A stretch of 64,000 nucleotides of DNA from Eubacteriales bacterium. GTDB taxonomy: Bacteria; Bacillota; Clostridia; Lachnospirales; Lachnospiraceae. Positions 10,660 to 18,644 of this stretch are shown here, one piece after another (position 1 is the first letter of the stretch; each line of letters begins with the position of its first letter). Location: positions 1,017 through 65,016 of the forward strand of contig JAUNGC010000022.1 of the NCBI GenBank assembly GCA_030524745.1. Direction: 5' to 3'. The notes below the pieces were generated by a model that ran no database searches, had not been told where the DNA came from, and saw only the letters and a program-made list of their open reading frames with translations. The translations under genes and the position numbers were made by a program.

Positions 10660-10745
10660 ATGTGTAATATCAAAAGATATTACAAAATTGTTACGCATCA
10701 CTCTGTCACATAATATCACAACATTTTCATCTTGTCCAGCAATTT

Positions 10746-11489
10746 TTATAAAGTTTGAATTTCCATATTATTCCTATCGTAATAGTAAACATGTTCCGAT
10801 AAAAAACCTGATTTGTCTTTCATCTTCTGATTGGCGGAATTCACCAGTTCCTGCAAGCGTTCCTTTGTCTCTGTACCGCCCTGCGGCAAAAGAATCACCT
10901 CATGGACGCTGGACGGCAGAATATAAAAGCCGCTTTTGAGTTTTCGGGAAATTTCCTGCAGAATTCCCGGATAGAGCAGGGATGCGGCTCCAAACAGCCA
11001 TCGTTCATTTCCCAACACCCACATCGGTTTCAGGCCGCTCTCCTCGCGCCGTTTCTGACCGATTTTCCTTGTCAGAACGCAGGCGAGTTCGTCCAGCACT
11101 TCTTCCTGTGTCTGCGTATATTGTTTCTTCAGCATGCGCCGGATCACATCTTTCTCAGAGCCCCGCAAAGAACTCTCCATCAGGCGCTCCATCGAAAACA
11201 GGCGGGGCGGCAAAATCTTCCACATATTCTCAACCGCATCCTGTAAAAGCCGCTGCGGCTCCATTCCCCACTGGGCCATCTGCAGCAAAGAGACCGGATG
11301 CCCCATGGCTCTTCCACGCTCATTTTCCCGAAAAAGACAGGGCACTGCGGCGAGATCCGCAAATGCCCTGCTAAACGGCACCCGACGCAAATATTCGGTA
11401 TCTGCAAGTCCGATCAGCCTGATGATCAGACGCTGCTTTGCCTCATTATAGTTAGAATAAAAAGTATCATTCTCCATCATGCAATCCAT
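10746..11489 (-). CDS. DUF5688-like protein
   Basis: GAASLLYP...L...FYILPSSVHEVI motif and LS.HVYYYDR C-terminus. Confidence 0.75.
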   Translation of the reverse strand: MDCMMENDTFYSNYNEAKQRLIIRLIGLADTEYLRRVPFSRAFADLAAVPCLFRENERGRAMGHPVSLLQMAQWGMEPQRLLQDAVENMWKILPPRLFSMERLMESSLRGSEKDVIRRMLKKQYTQTQEEVLDELACVLTRKIGQKRREESGLKPMWVLGNERWLFGAASLLYPGILQEISRKLKSGFYILPSSVHEVILLPQGGTETKERLQELVNSANQKMKDKSGFLSEHVYYYDRNNMEIQTL

Positions 11490-12413
11490 TTACCGCAGAC
11501 CATGTTCCAGACGTTCCTGATATCCGGGCGCATGCTTGATCTCATATTTATTGTTGAACATCTCATATTCCGCTTCAGAATATCTGCCGAGAAAATCTTC
11601 TTCCACATTCGTCCGGTATACCAGCCCTACCGCCAGCGACGGCGCCAGAACCGGGTCTTCATATTCCCGGCAGAGACGCTGTATTAACTCGCAATACGCT
11701 TCCGCTTCTCCTTCATCAGGCGTCGGAATCACAATCCCAAACACATCTCCGTCCATACGCCCGATCAAATAGTTCGCGCCTGCTTCCCGCCTGATAATGC
11801 CCGAAATCGTCTTGATCAGACGGTCGCTCTCTTCAATGCCGAAATGATCGTGAACAAACTTCCAGTCGTTGATATTGGCGCAAATCACCGCCGCAGGGGC
11901 TACTCCCGCATTCTCCATATCTTTCAGGCGGTTCATAAAATAAGTCCTGCTGAGCGCGCCTGTCAGCGCATCGTCATGCTCGCCGCGCTTTACGCGATAA
12001 TGTTCCTTTTCCGTCCTCGCTTCCAACTCGTCCGCAAAAATTGCAGTCTCCCGGTAAAGATAATGCTTCTCTCCCATGTTGGCATAAATATCCACGATAT
12101 TATCCAGAAGCTTCTCGGTCAGCGCCGGATCCGCCGTCTGCTCCGTCTTCGCATACAGGTGACCGATCGTTCTGCCCTGCACACGGATCTTCCTGCCCGG
12201 CTCGTTCACCACATCAGGAACGAATCCCGAAAAATCTCCCACCACTACGGCAGTCTCCCCATGACGCTGCGTCAGCAGCAATTCTACCCCCAGCGCCGTA
12301 TGAAGATTGGAAAGATATTCTTCTACCTTCTTTAAATCAAATAAATTCTCAAGGCTATAATCCTTAATGTTCTCCTTTAGTCTCTGCTCCAGCGGCAATG
12401 CCCCATATGCCAT
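11490..12413 (-). CDS. Sensor (PocR-like) plus degenerate GGDEF-domain protein
   Basis: DALTGALSR, NINDWK.VHDHFG...SD and GRMDGDVF match the GGDEF pattern with substitutions. Confidence 0.75.
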   Translation of the reverse strand: MAYGALPLEQRLKENIKDYSLENLFDLKKVEEYLSNLHTALGVELLLTQRHGETAVVVGDFSGFVPDVVNEPGRKIRVQGRTIGHLYAKTEQTADPALTEKLLDNIVDIYANMGEKHYLYRETAIFADELEARTEKEHYRVKRGEHDDALTGALSRTYFMNRLKDMENAGVAPAAVICANINDWKFVHDHFGIEESDRLIKTISGIIRREAGANYLIGRMDGDVFGIVIPTPDEGEAEAYCELIQRLCREYEDPVLAPSLAVGLVYRTNVEEDFLGRYSEAEYEMFNNKYEIKHAPGYQERLEHGLR

Positions 12414-12469
12414 AACGTCTCCCTCTCCTTGTCCAGATGATTAATCTTCCGAAGAATAATTCTGCTTTG

Positions 12470-12498
12470 ATTATAGCCTCTGCACATGCTTTTGTCTA
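12470..12498 (-). promoter_or_regulatory. Sigma-A promoter for the GGDEF gene
   Basis: TAGACA-N17-TATAAT. Confidence 0.6.
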
Positions 12499-12539
12499 GT
12501 GAAAGTACCGTTACCAGGTTAATTATCCGATTGCGTTTT

Positions 12540-12644
12540 TTAATCCTCCCGCATCCACTCCAGATAATCGCTCTCGTTTGCAAACAGCCGGTAGCTTCCG
12601 TCCACAAATCCCATATAACCTTCGCTCACATAATATCCTTTCAT
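12540..12644 (-). CDS. 34-aa small protein MKGYYVSEGYMGFVDGSYRLFANESDYLEWMRED
   Basis: AAAGGAG RBS before ATGATG (start 12647 or 12644). Protein-like composition. Too short for the ORF track. Confidence 0.7.
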   Translation of the reverse strand: MKGYYVSEGYMGFVDGSYRLFANESDYLEWMRED

Positions 12645-12932
12645 CATTCTGTCTCCTTTGCTGTGATGTTCCTGTTTTTGTATCTGTTTTCATCATAGCA
12701 GTTACAGAGTCCAATAAACCGGACTCTGTCAATTATTTTAAAATAAAATCAGAATTTTCATCGGGACTCCGCAAAGTTTTTCTCTTCTTCCCTTGAAAAT
12801 TCCGTAAATTTCAGTACAATAGGAAAGGATACGTCTGATACAGGCGGACGTATGAGAAACACACACATTGTCAGGGCGTATGAACGGTCCCTTACAGGCC
12901 GCGCCCCATTTTTGGAAAGAGAGGACCCGACT

Positions 12933-14570
12933 ATGATAAGTGCGAATAATGTGACACTGCGTCTGGGAAAAAAGGCGCTGTTTGAAGATGTGAATATCAA
13001 ATTTACGGAAGGCAACTGCTATGGACTCATCGGCGCCAACGGCGCAGGAAAGTCCACATTTTTAAAGATTCTTTCCGGCAAACTCGAAACTACCAACGGA
13101 GACGTGGTCATCACTCCCGGCCAGCGTCTTTCCGTTCTGGAACAGGACCATTTCAAATATGACGAATATCCCGTCATGGACGTCGTCATTCAGGGCAACG
13201 CCCGTCTTTATGAAATTATGAAGGAAAAAGACGCGATCTATGCGAAGGAAGATTTCACGGACGAAGACGGAATCCGGGCTTCCGAACTGGAAGCGGAGTT
13301 TGCGGAGATGGACGGCTGGAATGCGGAGTCTGACGCCGCAACCTTATTAAACGGCCTCGGCATCGATACGGACCTGCATTATAATCTGATGAAGGAATTA
13401 AACGGCAACGAAAAGGTGAAAGTTCTGCTTGCGCGCGCCCTGTTCGGCAATCCCGACATCCTTCTTTTGGACGAGCCGACCAACCATCTGGACCTGGACG
13501 CCATCGCATGGCTGGAAGAATTTCTGATCAACTTTGAAAATACGGTCATCGTCGTTTCGCACGACCGTTACTTCTTAAATAAAGTATGTACGCATACCGC
13601 CGATATCGACTACGGCAAAATTACGCTGTACGCCGGAAACTATGATTTCTGGTATGAATCCAGCCAGCTTCTGATCAAGCAGATGAAGGAAGCGAACCGC
13701 AAAAAGGAGGAGAAAATCAAAGAACTGCAGGAATTCATCTCCCGTTTCTCCGCCAACGCTTCCAAGTCCAAGCAGGCGACTTCCAGAAAGCGCGCGCTGG
13801 AAAAAATCCAGTTGGATGAAATCAAACCTTCCAGCCGGAAATATCCTTATATCGATTTTCGTCCCGACCGCGAGATCGGCAACGAGGTGCTCACCGTGAC
13901 AAACCTGAGCAAGACCATCAATGGCGTAAAGGTGCTGGATAACCTCTCCTTCATCGTCGGTCACAACGATAAGATCGCTTTTGTGGGCGGCAACGAACAG
14001 GCAAAAACCGCGCTCTTCCAGATTCTGGCAGGCGAAATGGAACCGGACGAAGGCAGCTACAAGTGGGGCGTTACCACTTCCCAGGCTTACTTTCCGAAGG
14101 ACCCCACCAATGAATTTGACAATGAGGATACCATCGTGGAATGGCTCACCGGCTATTCCCCCGTCAAGGACGTGACCTATGTCCGCGGCTTTTTGGGACG
14201 TATGCTTTTTGCGGGAGAAGACGGCGTGAAAAAAGTGAAGGTGCTTTCCGGCGGCGAAAAGGTCCGCTGCCTGCTCTCCAAAATGATGATTTCCGGCGCG
14301 AACTGCCTGATTTTAGACGAGCCCACCAACCATCTGGATATGGAATCCATCACCGCGCTGAACAACGGTCTGATCAAATTCCCCGGGGTCGCGCTTTTCA
14401 GTTGTCATGACCATCAGTTCGTGCAGACAACCGCCAACCGCATCATGGAAATTCTTCCAAACGGTTCGCTGATCGACAAGATCACCACCTACGACGAATA
14501 TCTGGAAAGCGATGAAATGGCGAGAAAGCGCACGGTATATACCGCGAACAGAGAAGAGGATGACATCTGA
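12933..14570 (+). CDS. ABC-F family ATPase (YbiT/YkpA-like, ribosome associated)
   Basis: Tandem ABC domains (GANGAGKST, LLDEPTNHLD, LSGGEK, LDEPTNHLD) and no TM segment. ATG at 12933 follows GAGG. Confidence 0.92.
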   Translation: MISANNVTLRLGKKALFEDVNIKFTEGNCYGLIGANGAGKSTFLKILSGKLETTNGDVVITPGQRLSVLEQDHFKYDEYPVMDVVIQGNARLYEIMKEKDAIYAKEDFTDEDGIRASELEAEFAEMDGWNAESDAATLLNGLGIDTDLHYNLMKELNGNEKVKVLLARALFGNPDILLLDEPTNHLDLDAIAWLEEFLINFENTVIVVSHDRYFLNKVCTHTADIDYGKITLYAGNYDFWYESSQLLIKQMKEANRKKEEKIKELQEFISRFSANASKSKQATSRKRALEKIQLDEIKPSSRKYPYIDFRPDREIGNEVLTVTNLSKTINGVKVLDNLSFIVGHNDKIAFVGGNEQAKTALFQILAGEMEPDEGSYKWGVTTSQAYFPKDPTNEFDNEDTIVEWLTGYSPVKDVTYVRGFLGRMLFAGEDGVKKVKVLSGGEKVRCLLSKMMISGANCLILDEPTNHLDMESITALNNGLIKFPGVALFSCHDHQFVQTTANRIMEILPNGSLIDKITTYDEYLESDEMARKRTVYTANREEDDI

Positions 14571-14571
14571 G

Positions 14572-15438
14572 ATGATCTTGAATAAAGCAGTCGACCTTCA
14601 TGTGCATTCCGACAAATCCGACGGAAGCTTTACGCCCTCGCAGCTTGTGGATATGGCCGCCGCCAAAGGCCTTAGCGCCTTTGCGCTGACCGACCATGAC
14701 ACGACGGCGGGTTTGAAGGAAGCCATTGCAGCAGGCGACAAAAAAGGAATCGAAGTAATCCCCGGCATTGAATTCTCCACGGAATATCACGGCCGGGATA
14801 TCCACATTGTAGGACTTTTCATCGATGAAGACGCGCCCGTTTTTCAGGCACAGATACACCGTTTCGTGGACGCCCGCGTCGAACGCAACCGTACCATGTG
14901 CGCAAGGCTTTCCGAAGCCGGCATCGATATCAGCTATGAGAAACTGACGGAAGCCTTTCCCGACTCCGTCATCACCAGAGGTCACTACTCCCGCTATCTC
15001 CTGGAGCATGGTTACGTCAAAAGCATGCCGGAAGCCTTTGACCGCTATCTGGGCGATCACACCAGATATTTTGTGCCCCGGGAAAAAATTTCTCCCGCCC
15101 AGGCCGTAAAACTCATTCTGGACGTAAAGGGTATTCCGGTGCTGGCTCATCCCACTCTTTATCATATGGGAAAAGACGGGCTGGAACAGTTGGTTACAGA
15201 ATTAAAGGAAAGCGGTCTGATCGGCATTGAAGCGATTTACTCGACCCATACAGCCGCCCAGGAACGCCAAATCCGCGAACTGGCCAAACGTTTTGACTTT
15301 CTGATTTCCGGCGGCTCGGATTTTCACGGAAAAAACAAACCCAATCTGGAACTCGGCACCGGCTACGGAAAGCTGTATGTGCCCCTGGACGTTCTGACAG
15401 CACTGAAAGAAAAAAGAAAGGAACTTTTTCATGTCTGA
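14572..15438 (+). CDS. PHP-domain phosphoesterase
   Basis: DLHVHS..SDG, LTDHDT, GIEFS, LAHP and SGGSDFHG. Confidence 0.9.
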   Translation: MILNKAVDLHVHSDKSDGSFTPSQLVDMAAAKGLSAFALTDHDTTAGLKEAIAAGDKKGIEVIPGIEFSTEYHGRDIHIVGLFIDEDAPVFQAQIHRFVDARVERNRTMCARLSEAGIDISYEKLTEAFPDSVITRGHYSRYLLEHGYVKSMPEAFDRYLGDHTRYFVPREKISPAQAVKLILDVKGIPVLAHPTLYHMGKDGLEQLVTELKESGLIGIEAIYSTHTAAQERQIRELAKRFDFLISGGSDFHGKNKPNLELGTGYGKLYVPLDVLTALKEKRKELFHV

Positions 15439-16246
15439 AAAAATTCTGTTTTCCGATATGGACGGCACACTGCTCACCTCGGATAAAAAAGTATCCCCCT
15501 CTCTGCAGCGGCTTCTTACAAAAATGGTACACGCCGGAAACCGCCTGGTGCTCACCTCCGGCCGTTCCTTAGGCAGCATCTTAAACGTTGCGCAGCGCTC
15601 CGGGCTTCTGTTTCCCGATACGCTCATCATCACGACAAACGGCAACGAAGTCTATGATTATGACGGCAGACAGTTTCTTCTGCGCAAAACAGTTCCTATG
15701 GATATTGCGCAGGGCGTCATCGATCTCGCCCACAAATACGGCCTGCATATCCAGTCTTATAACGACAGCCATGTCGTCTGTGAGAAAGATTCTTCCGAAC
15801 TCGCTCACTATAAAAAGGCGACCGGTATGGACGCCTTTTTTACGGATGATATCATGGGCGCAATCAAAACGCCGCCGAATAAGCTTCTGGCAATCAGTCT
15901 GGAAAGCCGTTCCCGCCTGGAACCTCTCCGTCAGGATGTGATCCGGTTATACGGCGACAGCGTCACGGCCATGTTTTCCTGCGACCAATATCTGGAAATT
16001 TTTGATAAGACTGCCGGAAAAGGCAACGCGATCCGCTTCGTCTGCGATTACCTCGATGTTCCGCTGTCCGGCGCAGTCGCCGCCGGAGATGCTGAAAATG
16101 ACATTTCCATGCTGGATATGGCCGGGATCGGAGTCGCCATGGCAAATGCGGACCCGCAGGTAAAAGCGCATGCGGACTTCATCACAGAACACGACAACGA
16201 TCATGACGGACTGGCAGATGCGATCTTAAAATATTTTTCGCTTTGA
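15431..16246 (+). CDS. Cof-type HAD-IIB hydrolase
   Basis: DMDGTLL, TSGR, KGNA and GDAENDISM. Confidence 0.92.
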   Translation: MSEKILFSDMDGTLLTSDKKVSPSLQRLLTKMVHAGNRLVLTSGRSLGSILNVAQRSGLLFPDTLIITTNGNEVYDYDGRQFLLRKTVPMDIAQGVIDLAHKYGLHIQSYNDSHVVCEKDSSELAHYKKATGMDAFFTDDIMGAIKTPPNKLLAISLESRSRLEPLRQDVIRLYGDSVTAMFSCDQYLEIFDKTAGKGNAIRFVCDYLDVPLSGAVAAGDAENDISMLDMAGIGVAMANADPQVKAHADFITEHDNDHDGLADAILKYFSL

Positions 16247-16262
16247 CAAACTTACTTTTCCC

Positions 16263-16390
16263 CTACTCCGCCCAGACTTCATTTCCTTCCTGACCGGACA
16301 TCAGCCACCGGGAAACGCGTTCTACGCTGATGCTGTCCGTATAAAAGGAAATCCGCGCGCCTTCTCCGTCTTCGAGTATGGCACACAATT
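16263..16390 (-). pseudogene. Orphan 3' remnant of a homolog of the 22139-22660 gene
   Basis: Translates to ...LEDGEGARISFYTDSISVERVSRW...WAE*. It is 11/22 identical, ungapped, to DAEGRVYSYDTDQISVEKVLQY of the 22139-22660 product. No start or RBS. Confidence 0.7.
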
Positions 16391-16432
16391 TGCGTCTAAA
16401 CCAAGTGCACGGTTTGAGCGCTTACCAAACTG

Positions 16433-18184
16433 TCACTTATCCCCCTCATTACAAGCTGATACCACCAGTGAATAAAAATCGGATTTCTGCTCCATAAGTT
16501 GCTTGTACGTGCCGGATTCACTGATTTTACCGTCAGAAATGACCAGAATCTCATCAAAACGTTGCAACACAGAAGGTTCCAGATAGTGCGTAACAATAAT
16601 TTTGGTCATCCCCTTCAAGTCCAGAATCGTATTCAAAATATTCGCAGCAGTAGGCTTATCCAATGCAGCCGTTGCCTCATCAACCAACAGGATATGTGCG
16701 GAACGCAGCAGGCAACGGGCTATGGCAACTCTCTGCTTTTCACCTCCGGAAAGGTTTGCTCCTTCTTCACCGCACAGATAGTCCAATCCCTTCGCATCTG
16801 CCAGTCCGGACAACCCCGCAAATTCAACTGCCTTTTGGACGCAATTTCTCTCACTATGTTTATACAGTGTGATATTATTCAAAATGGAATCATTAAAAAC
16901 ACATACATCTTGGTCAATAACAGAATATAGCTTATACAGAGCACTCTGTGCAATGGTATTCAATTCAGTACCATCAACCCGAATGCTGCCCCTGTAATCA
17001 CGGTAATTGCCCAAAAGGATATTGAGCAGAGTGGTTTTACCGCTTCCCGTATGCCCAACAATAGCGTAACTCTTTCCGACTTTGAAAGAAAAGGACAGAT
17101 CTTTCAATACGTTTTTCTGATGTTCATATCCAAAATTTAGACGATCTAGCACAATATCATTTTCAAGTATACCGGATATTTCAACCCCCGATTCCTCCTG
17201 TCCTCTGCCGAGCAGTTCAGCCATTCTTCCCACCAGCCCGGAAGCCGCCTTTTTCTGCGCCATAATATTAGGAATTGAAACGATAGGGGAAACAACAAAC
17301 CCCATGAGGTTCAAAAATACAATAACCGTACCCGATGTGATATTTTCCCCGGATAACGCCATAAATGCAGCGCAGATAAAAATACCAAGCTGCGCGATAA
17401 CGCCTGCTCCTGCAGCGCATAGATTTACGAGTTCGGAAGTTTTCCTTCGTGTACATTTCGCATATTCAAGCTGATTATTCCGTACCCGGAACATACTCAT
17501 CATTTCCCCTTCAGCCTGAAAAGCCTTGACAATGGAAATTCCTGAAAGGACTTCCTTCACACAATTGACAAAACATTCATTGTTCTCTGAGACCAGTTTT
17601 TCGTCTCTGGCAAGTTTACTGCCAAACATAATTGATGATGTCACCGGCAGCATAGCAAAAACGACAGCAAGCAATGTAAGAAACGGACTATATTGCAGCA
17701 TCACAATAAACGCAAATACCAAACCGATGCTATCCATATAAAAAGTAAAAAGTACAGACAGGTAATTTGTTTCTATGGAAACAACATCGTTTGTAAGCAT
17801 AGAAATGTATTTTGACGTGTTTTCGGCACTAAGAGAAGATTTGTCCAGATCCAGCAAATGTTCGAAGGCAAATTCCTTATACTGCGTTGTTGCCCTGCGG
17901 ATGAAAGTTGGAGAAGATTGTCTCTGTATCAAAAAGACAATGATGAGAAGCACGAAAACACCAACAGAATACAGGCTGAGGTGTACCAACCCTGCCATGT
18001 CGTTCTGCGCTATTGTGTCAATAATCTTCTGCAGCAACACCGATATACAGACGTTCAACGCCGAAAGAAATGTGAGACATACTACGGTGATAACAAGCAT
18101 CTCGACATTGTTTTTGATAAATGTATGCTTCAATTCCCGACGCACGATATCTACATTTTTTTCAGTAACATTCAATTTTCTCAT
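16433..18184 (-). CDS. Fused ABC exporter (TMD + NBD), no C39 peptidase domain
   Basis: About six TM helices, GHTGSGKT, LSGGEKQR and VDEATAALD. GGAGG RBS before ATG at 18184. Confidence 0.92.
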   Translation of the reverse strand: MRKLNVTEKNVDIVRRELKHTFIKNNVEMLVITVVCLTFLSALNVCISVLLQKIIDTIAQNDMAGLVHLSLYSVGVFVLLIIVFLIQRQSSPTFIRRATTQYKEFAFEHLLDLDKSSLSAENTSKYISMLTNDVVSIETNYLSVLFTFYMDSIGLVFAFIVMLQYSPFLTLLAVVFAMLPVTSSIMFGSKLARDEKLVSENNECFVNCVKEVLSGISIVKAFQAEGEMMSMFRVRNNQLEYAKCTRRKTSELVNLCAAGAGVIAQLGIFICAAFMALSGENITSGTVIVFLNLMGFVVSPIVSIPNIMAQKKAASGLVGRMAELLGRGQEESGVEISGILENDIVLDRLNFGYEHQKNVLKDLSFSFKVGKSYAIVGHTGSGKTTLLNILLGNYRDYRGSIRVDGTELNTIAQSALYKLYSVIDQDVCVFNDSILNNITLYKHSERNCVQKAVEFAGLSGLADAKGLDYLCGEEGANLSGGEKQRVAIARCLLRSAHILLVDEATAALDKPTAANILNTILDLKGMTKIIVTHYLEPSVLQRFDEILVISDGKISESGTYKQLMEQKSDFYSLVVSACNEGDK

Positions 18185-18262
18185 AACCTCCAATGAGTAT
18201 TTCTCCATTCCAGATTCATGATAATTACGAACTTAATGCGGAATCCTCAAACCATATTTTGT

Positions 18263-18553
18263 TTATGTACGTTGAATTTTTAGTGCAGTCGTATAACTTG
18301 CTGCATTAACCGTTGATTCAAGATCAATATTATCTCCGATATAATAACCTGAACGAATGTACTCATTTAGTGCTTCCTCAAACTCTCTGCATGAGGATAT
18401 TCCCAACGATTCAAGTTCATCGGAAATTCCTTGGAATAACTCCTGTAGGTTATGGCTTTTTAAAATTTCCTGCAGTATTTCTGGTTTATTTAAGAAATCG
18501 AAAATTTTTGCCATTTGAATTGTTGGTACTCTGTCTATAACCACATCATTCAT
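18263..18553 (-). CDS. 96-aa acidic protein, candidate RiPP precursor
   Basis: AAAGGAG RBS before ATG at 18553. Lies between the radical SAM genes and the exporter. The ORF itself is solid, but the precursor role is inference. Confidence 0.6.
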   Translation of the reverse strand: MNDVVIDRVPTIQMAKIFDFLNKPEILQEILKSHNLQELFQGISDELESLGISSCREFEEALNEYIRSGYYIGDNIDLESTVNAASYTTALKIQRT

Positions 18554-18644
18554 ATTATACTCCTTTCTCAATTGACTTACTTCCATTTAAAGATTCCGCA
18601 TTCAGCTACTATGTTAAATATTTATATAAATAGACCACATCCAT

